From assembly GCA_035528155.1 (NCBI GenBank), contig DATKZA010000001.1, positions 3,444 through 67,443 of the forward strand: a stretch of DNA of 64,000 nucleotides. The letters are read 5' to 3'. Below the pieces are notes generated by a model. The model was not told where the DNA came from, ran no database searches, and was given only the letters and a program-made list of their open reading frames with translations. The DNA is from Patescibacteria group bacterium. Its GTDB lineage: Bacteria; Acidobacteriota; Aminicenantia; UBA2199. The position numbers and the translations under genes were made by a program. This document shows positions 1 to 9,359 of this stretch, piece by piece (within the stretch, counting starts at the first letter, position 1; each line of letters opens with the position of its first letter).

Positions 1-9
1 GGCGCCTCG

Positions 10-858
10 ATGGTGAAAAACGGCTTCTCGATTGAAAAGAATGGCAGGCTCCCCGGGGGTAATTTGAAAAAAAGGTCGGCGGTGTTGATGCTGCTCCTTT
101 TTTTCTTCACCCTCAAGCCCGGAAGGGGGAATGCGACTGAGACAACAGCGGCAGCGGCGCCATCTGCGCGACTCTGGCAAAAGGCCCTGGACATTTTCCG
201 GAAAAACAGTGACTTGTATCCGGAAAAAATCACCATCCTTTCCGAAATTCTTGACCGCCACAACCAACCCGCTACGGTCACGCAATTGTTTTTCACCATT
301 GCCATGGACGCCAATGGCCAACTGGTTACGAAATTGACGCGCGCTTTAAAAAACAGCAAAGACATCAGCGACGAGATGAGGAAAAAAGTCGAAATCCGCG
401 ACCTCAACAAAGACAAAGCACACCCAAAAAGGGACTCGCTTACCGTTTCCCTTTCCGACAGCCCCTTCAACCCCGAACGGCAGAAAAATGTCACCTTCCA
501 TGCCAGCGATGAAAAGCAGATGCTTTTCGGACACTTCTGCCGCCGCTTTGATTTCATCTACCAGACAGAGATCGTCCGCAAGGGCGAACCTGAAAAATTA
601 ACCTGGAGCGGCATGGCCTGGCTGGATGAGAACAGCGGCTTGCCGCTTAAACTCGAATTTTCCCTGGAGCCGCTTCCCAATAGGGTCCGCAGCCTGTGGA
701 CCATCTATTTGTACGAAATCTCGCCGCCGGACAATTGGGTCCTGAAAAAGATCACCATCTCCGGCCAGGGAGGATTCCTGTTCATCAAAAAACGATTCCG
801 CAGCTCCACCAGCTTCGGCGACTACCGGCGCCAGCCTCAAAAGGGAGATGCAAAATGA
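10..858 (+). CDS. hypothetical secreted protein (N-terminal signal peptide; possibly LolA-like/lipoprotein-sorting fold)
   Basis: 282-aa ORF; hydrophobic N-terminus LMLLLFFFTLKPGRG; no diagnostic catalytic motif; stop overlaps next start (ATGA). Confidence 0.5.
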   Translation: MVKNGFSIEKNGRLPGGNLKKRSAVLMLLLFFFTLKPGRGNATETTAAAAPSARLWQKALDIFRKNSDLYPEKITILSEILDRHNQPATVTQLFFTIAMDANGQLVTKLTRALKNSKDISDEMRKKVEIRDLNKDKAHPKRDSLTVSLSDSPFNPERQKNVTFHASDEKQMLFGHFCRRFDFIYQTEIVRKGEPEKLTWSGMAWLDENSGLPLKLEFSLEPLPNRVRSLWTIYLYEISPPDNWVLKKITISGQGGFLFIKKRFRSSTSFGDYRRQPQKGDAK

Positions 859-1328
859 ATGGCAAAACACGCTTGGCCATGATCATGATGTTTTTTTTTG
901 CCGCCGCCGTACAGGCCAATCTGGTCCTCAAGCCCATCCACCCCGATGAAACGGTGGAACAAACTTTGAATCAGCGATTTTCTCTGGAGAACGCCTTGGC
1001 CAATATGGAAGCCATCAAAGGCTACCTGGAAAGCTTCCGCGGCCTGACCGCCGCCGCCAAGGGCAAGATAGCGGCCCGGACGTTGGAACGCATCGGCCAC
1101 ACCGATTGGGAAACACAGATGCTCGCCTTTTCCAATCTGCCATCCGCTGTTGAAGGCACCCTGCGCTACCAGAACTGCCTGCTGAAAAAAAACCTGTACC
1201 AATTGGCCGTAATGGAAACAAAGGCAGGAAAAACCCCGGCGCCGAAAGCCGAACAGGCCCGGCAGGAAATGAAACGGGCGGAAAAGGAATTCCAGAAATT
1301 CTGGGATTCCCTGGCTGTTGCCGATTAG
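855..1328 (+). CDS. hypothetical secreted alpha-helical protein
   Basis: ATG at 855 preceded by AAGGGAG RBS (841-847); signal peptide MIMMFFFAAAVQA; the listed ORF from 696 is an upstream extension. Confidence 0.5.
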   Translation: MNGKTRLAMIMMFFFAAAVQANLVLKPIHPDETVEQTLNQRFSLENALANMEAIKGYLESFRGLTAAAKGKIAARTLERIGHTDWETQMLAFSNLPSAVEGTLRYQNCLLKKNLYQLAVMETKAGKTPAPKAEQARQEMKRAEKEFQKFWDSLAVAD

Positions 1329-1394
1329 CACCCTGTCCGGCGGCAGCTGGATTTTTTCGCCCCGACATATTAAAATATTTCTTGAGAGGTGAAT

Positions 1395-2051
1395 ATGAAC
1401 ATGCAAAAAGCAAAGGCGACAATTTTTATCGTTACGCTCGTACTGATCCTGACGGCGGGACTTGCCGCCCAGGAACTGGCCGAAATTCGACTGCCCAAAC
1501 CGCAAACCGACGGCGGTGTGCCGTTGATGCAGGCGCTGGCCCGGCGGGCCACCAGCCGTGATTTCGCCCCCGATCCATTGCCCGCGCAAACACTGTCCAA
1601 CCTGCTCTGGGCCGCCTGGGGCATCAACCGCCCGGAAAGCAAAAAGCGCACGGCGCCTTCGGCCATGAATTGGCAGGAGATCGATCTGTACATCGTGATG
1701 GAAATGGGAATCTACCTGTACGATGCGACCGCCCATGTCCTGAAGCCGGTCATGGCCGGAGACTTCCGCGCCCAGGCCGGCAGGCAGGAATTCGTCAAAA
1801 CCGTACCGCTGACCCTGGTTTTCGTGGCCGACCCGGCACGCATGGGCAAAGCGCCCGCAGAAAAGCGGGAAATTTATGCCTGGACCGACAGTGCTTTCAT
1901 CAGCCAGAATGTATACCTTTTCTGCGCGTCAGCCGGGCTGGCCACCGGGGTGCGGGCCTCGGTCGATGCTGCCGCCCTGGCCACAGCCATGAAACTCACA
2001 AGCGGGCAGATCATCACGATGGCCCAGTCAGTCGGTTTTCCCAAAAAATAA
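1395..2051 (+). CDS. SagB/nitroreductase-fold family protein with N-terminal signal peptide
   Basis: Motif LSNLLWAAWGINR typical of nitroreductase/SagB-type dehydrogenase fold; GAGAGG RBS 5 nt upstream of ATG 1395; listed ORF begins at GTG 1389. Confidence 0.65.
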   Translation: MNMQKAKATIFIVTLVLILTAGLAAQELAEIRLPKPQTDGGVPLMQALARRATSRDFAPDPLPAQTLSNLLWAAWGINRPESKKRTAPSAMNWQEIDLYIVMEMGIYLYDATAHVLKPVMAGDFRAQAGRQEFVKTVPLTLVFVADPARMGKAPAEKREIYAWTDSAFISQNVYLFCASAGLATGVRASVDAAALATAMKLTSGQIITMAQSVGFPKK

Positions 2052-2093
2052 TTCGTCTGCGAAAAAATCGCTCCGCCGCCAAGCTGAAAAAAC

Positions 2094-2522
2094 ATGATCA
2101 TCCCGGTGAACGCGCAAATCTGGTTGCAGGAAAATGAAATCTCCCTGGAATTCGTCCGCGCTTCCGGCCCCGGCGGGCAGAACGTCAACAAGGTAGCCAC
2201 GGCAGCCAAACTGTATTTCGACATCGTCCGCTCCCCGTCCCTGCCGGAAGCGGTCAAGCAGCGCTTGCGTACGCTGGCCGGCAAGCGCGTCAGCCATGAG
2301 GGGATCCTGGTCATCGACGCCCGGCGCTTCCGCACCCAGGAAGCCAATCGCCGCGACGCCATCGCCCGCCTGCTGCAATTGATCCGCCAGGCGGCCTCCA
2401 GGCCCAAGCCGCGCCGCCCCACCCGTCCCGGTCTTGCGGCCAAAGCCCGCCGTCTCGATGAAAAGAAAAAGCGCGGCGCCGTCAAACAGGCGCGGAAAAA
2501 AACTTTGTCTGACATGGAGTAG
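2094..2522 (+). CDS. arfB: alternative ribosome-rescue factor ArfB (peptidyl-tRNA hydrolase, GGQ motif, basic C-terminal tail)
   Basis: ASGPGGQNVNKVATAAKL motif; 142 aa; lysine/arginine-rich C-terminus. Confidence 0.85.
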   Translation: MIIPVNAQIWLQENEISLEFVRASGPGGQNVNKVATAAKLYFDIVRSPSLPEAVKQRLRTLAGKRVSHEGILVIDARRFRTQEANRRDAIARLLQLIRQAASRPKPRRPTRPGLAAKARRLDEKKKRGAVKQARKKTLSDME

Positions 2523-2616
2523 TCTTCGGCATTTGAACTGTTTTCCAACAAAAAATTGAAATTCACTGGGATTTACAATACAATTCATTAAATGACATTC
2601 TTTTTTCGGAGGTGAA

Positions 2617-4194
2617 ATGATGGGCTTGAAATCAATATTTCAGGAAGGAATGAAGGAAAGGAAGCGCAAAAAATCACTGAGCAAAGTAAGCAGCGAATTC
2701 AAGGAAAAGGAAAAGGTCCATGCCGACCAGCTGACCGCCCTCGGGCAAAAAGCCTGGGAAGCGAAGACGGACATATCCGCATTCACCGATGTACAGGCCG
2801 CGCTCAACGCCGCGCAAAAAAATCTCGATGATTTCCGCGCTCAAGCGGAAAAACTCCAAGAACAAAAGCAAGAAAGCGAAACAGCAAAAAAACAGGAGAA
2901 CGACCGCTTCAGCGCCAGCCAAAAAGAAATCGAAGAAAAAAAGCGGGATATCGACCGGCAACTGAACGAACATAAAAACGCCTGGCAAACCCTGCAGAAG
3001 GAAATGGGGCAGGCAACCAGCAGACTGGCGGCGATCGCCGCAGAGCGTACAAGACTGAACGGCAAAACAGCGGACGCGGCCATGGCCGAAACGGAAAAAA
3101 CTGAAATAGCCAGGCAACTGGCCGACCTGGCCAAAGAAGAGGACGAGCTGAAAACCCGCTGCAAAGAAAATGAGGAGTCCGGCAAACCCCTGCAATTGCA
3201 GATGGCCCCCCTGCAGGAGGAATCGGGCAAGTTGCAGAAGCAGATAGAAAGCATCCGAGCCGAACAAAAAAAGATGCTGGCCGAAATGGACAAAAAAATC
3301 GCTACCTTGAACAATGATCTTTCCAGGAACAGTGAAAAGACCAAGGAGGCTGAAAAAAAGCAGAAGCTTGATTTCAAAATTCTTGGAGAGAAAATAACCG
3401 GCGGCCAGCAAGTAGACCCGAATATAACCAAGGAAGTGGCCGCAGTGCTGACCGCCAGGACAGAAATGGAGGGGGTGCAGGCCTTGATCGGCGGCTTGGA
3501 GAGGCAAAAGGACGGATTGCAGGTTAGTGCCTATAAAAAAATGATGGCCATTGTTATCGGCGGCATCGTGCTGGTCGTGGCGATCATCGTATTGCTGTTC
3601 ATTCTGCTGGCGCCCGGGAAAAAAGAAACTTCGCTCAGCGGCCTGTTGGACCGCGAGGAAAGGGCCGCCAAAAGCATGGAGGAGCTCGCCCAACAAATGC
3701 AGAAGGGGATTGGCGGCATCAAGGCCGAATCAGAAAAGATCCAGGGGGAAAAGATCGTACTCGCCTCGGAGAGCGTTCTGGGATCGATGCTTCCGGTTGT
3801 CAGCGGCTGGCAGCCCCAGCCGCCGCGTTACAGCCAGGGCGCTTTCGGGGATCTGGAAACGGCTTCCCTGCAGACTGAATATGCCGCAACTGACGGCAGT
3901 ACCGTGAGCGTCCAGGTCACCGACGCCGGAACGGCCTCGGCCCTGCTGGCGCCGCTCAAGATGATATTCGCCTTGAACATGCGCATCGACGATCAGGATG
4001 TGGTCCAGAGAGTGTCCACCTACAACGGCATCCCGATGGCGGAACGATTCAACAAAAAAGACAAGGAAGCGACCCTGGGAATCATCTACAAGGACCGCTA
4101 CCTGATTGAGCTCAAAACAAAAGCGGAGAAAGGTTTGGCGCTGCTTAAGGAATTCGCAGCCAAGCTTGATCTGTCCAAACTGCAGCAGCGCTAA
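2617..4194 (+). CDS. coiled-coil membrane protein (single TM segment, hypothetical)
   Basis: 525 aa, long heptad-like K/E/Q-rich stretches, one TM (IVIGGIVLVVAIIVLLFILLA); GGAGGTG RBS upstream. Confidence 0.6.
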   Translation: MMGLKSIFQEGMKERKRKKSLSKVSSEFKEKEKVHADQLTALGQKAWEAKTDISAFTDVQAALNAAQKNLDDFRAQAEKLQEQKQESETAKKQENDRFSASQKEIEEKKRDIDRQLNEHKNAWQTLQKEMGQATSRLAAIAAERTRLNGKTADAAMAETEKTEIARQLADLAKEEDELKTRCKENEESGKPLQLQMAPLQEESGKLQKQIESIRAEQKKMLAEMDKKIATLNNDLSRNSEKTKEAEKKQKLDFKILGEKITGGQQVDPNITKEVAAVLTARTEMEGVQALIGGLERQKDGLQVSAYKKMMAIVIGGIVLVVAIIVLLFILLAPGKKETSLSGLLDREERAAKSMEELAQQMQKGIGGIKAESEKIQGEKIVLASESVLGSMLPVVSGWQPQPPRYSQGAFGDLETASLQTEYAATDGSTVSVQVTDAGTASALLAPLKMIFALNMRIDDQDVVQRVSTYNGIPMAERFNKKDKEATLGIIYKDRYLIELKTKAEKGLALLKEFAAKLDLSKLQQR

Positions 4195-4248
4195 CAGGCC
4201 GCCTGGAAAGACGGCTAACGGATCCCTGGCAGTAAGGCGATCGGGTTA

Positions 4249-4278
4249 TTGACTTTTGCTTGCCCATGCCTTTACAAT
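4249..4278 (+). promoter_or_regulatory. sigma70-like promoter TTGACT-18-TACAAT upstream of small membrane-protein ORF
   Basis: TTGACT 4249-4254, TACAAT 4273-4278, followed by GGGAGG RBS and ATG 4299. Confidence 0.4.
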
Positions 4279-4298
4279 AGGAAAAACGGGAGGATATA

Positions 4299-4477
4299 AT
4301 GGCTTTTAAAAAGATTTTTTTCATCTGGCTGGCGATCACGGTTGTGGCCGCCGCAAAATTTTATTTTTTGAAAAAAGTGTTCACGGCGCATCCGCTGTGG
4401 CCATGGGCCGTTCCCTTCCTCTATATCGGTGTTTTGATCCTTTTCGCCCTCTACGTGCTGACCGCCAAAAAAGAATA
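4299..4477 (+). CDS. small membrane protein (59 aa, two predicted TM helices)
   Basis: ATG 4299 six nt after GGGAGG; translation MAFKKIFFIWLAITVVAAAKFYFLKKVFTAHPLWPWAVPFLYIGVLILFALYVLTAKKE; below the 60-aa ORF-track cutoff. Confidence 0.45.
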
Positions 4478-4567
4478 AATTAAAGCGCTTTTACCCCCCC
4501 AGGCGGCAAAACCGTCCTGCCAGCAGCTACTTCAGGGTAAAGCGCTGCAAAAAAATCAAAAATCCGG

Positions 4568-4596
4568 TTGACAGAAGCCTGAAACCACGTTATAAA
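4568..4596 (+). promoter_or_regulatory. sigma70 promoter TTGACA-17-TATAAA immediately upstream of msrAB; predicted leaderless transcript
   Basis: TTGACA 4568-4573, 17-nt spacer, TATAAA 4591-4596; ATG 4604 lies 8 nt after the -10, so the TSS is at or next to the start codon. Confidence 0.5.
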
Positions 4597-4603
4597 TGTG
4601 GTG

Positions 4604-5530
4604 ATGAAAAACATAACCATTTTTATCTCATTTATGGTCGCAGCGGCACTTTATATGCTTCTGGGCAGACCAGGAGTGGACATGACCGATAAAAGACTGA
4701 CTCCCGAAGAGGAACAGATCATCTTGCATAAAGGAACCGAGCTTCCCTTTTCCGGCAAATACCACGCTTTCAATGAAAAAGGGACCTACGTGTGCAAGCG
4801 CTGCGGCTCAGCCCTCTATCTTTCCTCGGCCAAGTTCGATTCCGGCTGCGGCTGGCCGAGCTTCGATGATGAACTTCCCGGAGCGGTCAAGCGCCAAGTC
4901 GACCCTGACGGCCAGCGCACCGAAATCTCATGCGCCAGCTGCGGCGCCCACCTGGGCCACGTATTTGTCGGCGAAGGCTTCACCGCCCAAAATACCCGCC
5001 ACTGCGTCAATTCCATTTCCATGAACTTCGTCCCGGCCGACGAAAAAAAAACCGAGACGGCCATTTTCGCATCGGGGTATTTCTGGGGAACCCAGTACAC
5101 CCTGCAGCAGGCCAAAGGGGTGCTGACCACGGCCGTGGGTTTCAGCGGCGGCCGCACGTCCCGCCCCACCTACGAAGAGGTTTCCAGCGGCGCCAGCGGT
5201 CACGCCGAGGCTGTACAAGTGGTGTATGACCCGGCCGTCATATCCTACGAGGAACTGGCCAAGCTCTTTTTCGAGACCCACGACTTTACCCAGGTCGATC
5301 GCCAGGGTCCCGACATCGGAACGCAATATCGATCGGAAATTTTTTATCAGGACGAGGGCCAGCGGCAAACCGCCGAAAAACTGACGGAGATTCTGAAAAG
5401 CAAGGGCTTCAAGGTGGCCACGCGCATCACCAGGGCCGGACCTTTCTGGCCCGCCGAAAATTATCACCAGAATTATTACCAGAAAAACGGCAGCCAGCCC
5501 TACTGCCACGTCTACCGCAAAATATTCTGA
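4604..5530 (+). CDS. msrAB: bifunctional peptide-methionine sulfoxide reductase MsrB-MsrA with N-terminal membrane/signal segment
   Basis: MsrB zinc motifs CKRCGSAL and CASCGAHLGHVF; MsrA active-site GYFWG; alternative GTG starts at 4598/4601. Confidence 0.85.
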   Translation: MKNITIFISFMVAAALYMLLGRPGVDMTDKRLTPEEEQIILHKGTELPFSGKYHAFNEKGTYVCKRCGSALYLSSAKFDSGCGWPSFDDELPGAVKRQVDPDGQRTEISCASCGAHLGHVFVGEGFTAQNTRHCVNSISMNFVPADEKKTETAIFASGYFWGTQYTLQQAKGVLTTAVGFSGGRTSRPTYEEVSSGASGHAEAVQVVYDPAVISYEELAKLFFETHDFTQVDRQGPDIGTQYRSEIFYQDEGQRQTAEKLTEILKSKGFKVATRITRAGPFWPAENYHQNYYQKNGSQPYCHVYRKIF

Positions 5531-5537
5531 CACCAGC

Positions 5538-6599
5538 TCAGCGGTTGAGGACGACCTTTTCGATCTGGCGGATCTGGTCGCGGTAGAGCGAGGTCACATG
5601 CGTGCCGTAATCGGCGATCAGCTGGATGATGTCGCGGGGGCTTTCCGGCCGGTCGGGGCCGTTGATGCGGTCACCGGCATCTCCCAGACCGGGCATGATA
5701 TAGGCTTTCTCGTTCAGGGCCGGATCCATCCACAAGGTGTACACTTCGGCTTCCGGCACGGCCCGGACGATGCGCAGCGCCCCTTTCAGGGTGGAAACCA
5801 CGTTGAAGAAACGGATGGAGCGCGGCTTGATCCCCTGGCCGCGCAGATATTGGATCACCGTCACCAGGCTGCCGCCGGTGGCGTTCATCGGATCGGCAAA
5901 GAAAAGATCGCGGCCTTGCAGCCCCTTGGTATTGAAATAGGACTTTTTCAGGTCCAGCACATAAGCCATGTCATTCTCGCTGCGGCTGTCATCGCGGCTT
6001 ATTTTAAAAAGGGCGAAAGGCGGAACGATGTGCCGCAATGAATATTCCTGTATTTCCTTGGCCACGATCATCGATGGCAGCAGCGCCGCCCGCAGCATGA
6101 CGCACATGACGCTGTTTTCCGTCAGGGAATCGATGTCGGGAATCTTGTGCACGGCATAGTTCACCACCGGGACGGTCACCGGTGTGCGCACAAAAATCGG
6201 ATGGCGCTGGCCGCTGTGCGGGCCGGCAAAAGCCAGGTTGAAGAGTATCTCATAGGCGCGCTGGATATAATAGATGAATTCCGGGTTGCCGGTGCGCACA
6301 TCGCGCAGCTTGGCCACCAGGCGTGACGCTTCGCCGTGGATGAATTCCGGAGTTTCCAGGGAATAGACATGGATGCGCCGTTCAGCGCCGACCACGCCCT
6401 GCATGATTTCGCCCAGTTCATTGAACATGGACAACAGTCGTTCCTGGGCGCTCTTGCGCTCCAGGGCTTTGTCACCGTCCAGGTTGATAAAGTCGTCCAG
6501 CGCCCGGTCGTAAAGATCCCCTACCTGGGCAATGGCTTCCTGGTCGGAGCCTGTCAGGTAACCGTCCAGATCGATGGCCTGCAAAACAACCTTATCCAT
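5538..6599 (-). CDS. upp: uracil phosphoribosyltransferase-family protein with extended N-terminus (Upp-like)
   Basis: FADPMNATGGS and YIMPGLGDAGDR motifs typical of Upp; 353 aa, about 140 aa longer than canonical Upp; strong AAGGAGG RBS. Confidence 0.65.
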   Translation of the reverse strand: MDKVVLQAIDLDGYLTGSDQEAIAQVGDLYDRALDDFINLDGDKALERKSAQERLLSMFNELGEIMQGVVGAERRIHVYSLETPEFIHGEASRLVAKLRDVRTGNPEFIYYIQRAYEILFNLAFAGPHSGQRHPIFVRTPVTVPVVNYAVHKIPDIDSLTENSVMCVMLRAALLPSMIVAKEIQEYSLRHIVPPFALFKISRDDSRSENDMAYVLDLKKSYFNTKGLQGRDLFFADPMNATGGSLVTVIQYLRGQGIKPRSIRFFNVVSTLKGALRIVRAVPEAEVYTLWMDPALNEKAYIMPGLGDAGDRINGPDRPESPRDIIQLIADYGTHVTSLYRDQIRQIEKVVLNR

Positions 6600-6711
6600 G
6601 AGGCTTCCTCCTTTTCAGGGATTCATTACAAGTATACGCATTAGCGCAGGAACTGGCAAGGAAAGCGATCGGAGCAAACGTCGTCCGGCTGGTTCGGCAA
6701 CGGATGCAAAT

Positions 6712-7779
6712 TCAATCCAGGGGCAGCAGGTGCACGGACGTGGCCTTGAAGGTCAGGCACACCTCTATCCCCGGCGCCAGGTTCATTTGCGTGCAGGAGA
6801 TGCGGGTGACGAACACTGTAAATAAAATTCCGCGGCAGTCGACGCTGAGCGCCATGACCGCCCCCAGGTCGGCCACGGATCGTACGGGGCCGCGGAAAGA
6901 ATTGCGGGCCGACGAAGAGATCGGTTTTTCGGAAACCAGGATATCCTCGGGACGGATCACGGCCGCGGCCCGTCCAGCGCTTCGCTCGCTGACAACCTCG
7001 ATATCCAAGTGGCCGCAATCCAGCAGCGTCCGCCCCTCGCGCCGAACCAGGGTCCCGGGGATAATATTTTCTGCGGCCGAGAATTCGGCGATATCCAGGG
7101 AGAGCGGCCGGCTGAGCACCTCGGCCGCCGCCCCGGCCTGCACCAGCGATCCCCCTTTTAAAAATACGATCATTGCCGCCAGAAGCCTGGCCTGGACAAG
7201 GTTGTGAGTGGCCAGAATCACGGTCTTGCCCTCGCGGGCCAGCCGGGCGATCGCCGTCTCTATGTTCTTCACGCTCAGCGGATCAAGATTGGCCGTGGGT
7301 TCATCCAGAAGATACAGGTCGGGATCCAGCAGCATCACCCGGGCCATTTGCAGGCGCTGCTTTTCACCGCCGGAAAGCAGTCTCGCCTCCTGGCCCTCCC
7401 GGCCGCTTAGACCGGTTTTCTCAAGCACCTGCCTGATTTCAGGGTTACCGATTCTAACATCCCGCACGCGCGGTCCAAACTTGAGATTGGCGGCCACGGT
7501 CCCGGCCAGCAACAGCGGCGACTGGAAGACAAAACCGCAGCGCCGGCGCAGAGACGTACATTGGCAGCGGGACATGGCGCTCCGTTTCTGGCCGTCGTAA
7601 TAGATTTCTCCCTGCCCGGGTTTGTCCAGCAGGCCCAGCAGCCGCAGCAGCGTCGATTTGCCGGCCCCGTTGGGACCGAGGATCACGTTTACCGCGCCGG
7701 GCGCGAATTCCAGGTCAATGCCCCGCAGGATTGTCTTTTTCCCGGCCGTTTGCCATAAATTTTCAACACGGATTTGCAT
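6712..7779 (-). CDS. tupC: tungstate/molybdate ABC transporter ATP-binding protein with C-terminal TOBE domain
   Basis: Walker A GPNGAGKST, LSGGEKQR signature, C-terminal TOBE-like beta domain; last gene of the transporter operon. Confidence 0.8.
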   Translation of the reverse strand: MQIRVENLWQTAGKKTILRGIDLEFAPGAVNVILGPNGAGKSTLLRLLGLLDKPGQGEIYYDGQKRSAMSRCQCTSLRRRCGFVFQSPLLLAGTVAANLKFGPRVRDVRIGNPEIRQVLEKTGLSGREGQEARLLSGGEKQRLQMARVMLLDPDLYLLDEPTANLDPLSVKNIETAIARLAREGKTVILATHNLVQARLLAAMIVFLKGGSLVQAGAAAEVLSRPLSLDIAEFSAAENIIPGTLVRREGRTLLDCGHLDIEVVSERSAGRAAAVIRPEDILVSEKPISSSARNSFRGPVRSVADLGAVMALSVDCRGILFTVFVTRISCTQMNLAPGIEVCLTFKATSVHLLPLD

Positions 7780-8465
7780 TATTTTCCCTGCAGCCCCTGC
7801 AGGGCGATATTGACCGCCAAAGCCGCCAGCAGCAGGACGATGCCCAGGGCGATGCCGAGCTCAAAATTGCCTTTCATGGTTTCCAGCGAGATCGCGGTGG
7901 TCAGAACCCGTGTCTGCCCCTTGATATTGCCCCCGACCATCAGCGTCATGCCGGTCTCACCAATGACCCGCGAAAAACCGGCGATGATCGCGGTCAGGAA
8001 AGCGAAGCGCCCCTGGCGGATGACGGCCGCCGCCAATTGACGGCGGTTGGCGCCAAGCGACAGGGCCAGATCGCGGGCGTCCCGGGCAATGCCTTTCAGC
8101 GCCGCCAGGGCCAGGGCGGTAATGAGCGGAAAAGCCAGCAGCGCCTGGGCCAGGATCATGGCCCCGGGGGTGAACAGCAGTCCCAGGGTTCCCAGGGGGC
8201 CGCGGCGGTTGACCAGGCCGTAAACCAGCAGGCCGATGAGCACGGCCGGCACCGACATGGCCGTGTTGACCAACCCGACCAGGAGGCGCTTGCCGCGGAA
8301 CTCCTTCAGAGCCAGGAACAGGGAGGCCGGGACCGCCACCAGGGAGGCCAACAGCGTGGCTGCGCCCGAAACGGCCAGCGACAGGACTACGATCTGCAAA
8401 ATCTCGCTGCTGGGCGGCAGCAGCAGTGCCGCCCCTTGCTTAAGCCCGTCCAGGATGTAATTCAT
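7779..8465 (-). CDS. tupB: tungstate ABC transporter permease
   Basis: 228 aa, five or six TM helices, ABC permease EAA-like region; immediately follows the binding-protein gene. Confidence 0.8.
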   Translation of the reverse strand: MNYILDGLKQGAALLLPPSSEILQIVVLSLAVSGAATLLASLVAVPASLFLALKEFRGKRLLVGLVNTAMSVPAVLIGLLVYGLVNRRGPLGTLGLLFTPGAMILAQALLAFPLITALALAALKGIARDARDLALSLGANRRQLAAAVIRQGRFAFLTAIIAGFSRVIGETGMTLMVGGNIKGQTRVLTTAISLETMKGNFELGIALGIVLLLAALAVNIALQGLQGK

Positions 8466-8528
8466 GACAGTTTTTTTGCAGGTTGCAGGGCTGGATGCAG
8501 ATCGACTTTTTCGCCAACCATGCTGAGT

Positions 8529-9350
8529 TCACTTCGCGTACAGGACATCGGGGAAAAAGAGCGCGCTGCCGAACTTGTCCTTGCCAAAATCCCGGATGAT
8601 GGCCTGACCTTGCGGCGAACGGATGAATTCGGCGAAACGGGTGGCAAGTTTCACGTTCAGCCAAGGAAATTTCGCCGTTGAGACCACGATCACCGAATAG
8701 GGATTGAAAAGCTGCGCGTCGCCCTCGACCAGGACAGCCAGAACGTCGATCTCCTTGCGGTGGGCCAGCCAGGTGGCGCGGTCGACCAGGCAATAAGCGT
8801 TTTTTTCGTTGGCAATGCGCAGCGTTGCCTCCATGCCGCTGCCGCTCTCCATGTACCAGCGGCCGGCCGGATTGAGCCCGGCTTGCCCCCACAATTTCAA
8901 TTCCTTCTTGTGGGTGCCGGAATCGTCGCCGCGGGAAACAAAAGCGACGCATGCGGCGGCAATCTTGGCCATTGCCAACGCAACCGGAAGACCGCGGCTT
9001 CTCGCCGGATCGCTCGCCGGTCCGACCAGAACGAAATCGTTGTGCATCACGTCCAGTCTTTCGGCCCCGAATCCCTCGGCCACGAATTTCTCCTCGGCTT
9101 CGCGGTCATGGACCAGCAACACATCGGCATTGCCGTCGCGGGCCAGGCGCATGGCCTGGCCGGTGCCCACGGCAATGATCTTGACCGCGCAGTCGAATTT
9201 TTTTTCAAACGGCGGCATCAGGGCGTCAAAAAGGCCCGAATCAAGGGTCGAGGTGGTCGAGGCCAGGGTTAGCGTGTCACGGCCAGGCAGGGGCGGCGAA
9301 AAAACCAGGACCTGAAAACCCAGTGCCAAAGCCAGGCAAACTTTTTTCAC
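8529..9350 (-). CDS. tupA: tungstate ABC transporter substrate-binding protein (TupA-like)
   Basis: Signal peptide; STTSTLDSGLFDAL matches the TTTSTxDSGL motif of TupA/WtpA-type oxyanion-binding proteins. Confidence 0.75.
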   Translation of the reverse strand: MKKVCLALALGFQVLVFSPPLPGRDTLTLASTTSTLDSGLFDALMPPFEKKFDCAVKIIAVGTGQAMRLARDGNADVLLVHDREAEEKFVAEGFGAERLDVMHNDFVLVGPASDPARSRGLPVALAMAKIAAACVAFVSRGDDSGTHKKELKLWGQAGLNPAGRWYMESGSGMEATLRIANEKNAYCLVDRATWLAHRKEIDVLAVLVEGDAQLFNPYSVIVVSTAKFPWLNVKLATRFAEFIRSPQGQAIIRDFGKDKFGSALFFPDVLYAK

Positions 9351-9359
9351 TTCATCTCC

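Noticed and set aside
2533-2579. Promoter upstream of the coiled-coil protein gene (TTGAAA / TACAAT)
   Set aside because: The spacing between candidate -35 and -10 elements is 12 or 35 nt, neither compatible with sigma70 geometry.
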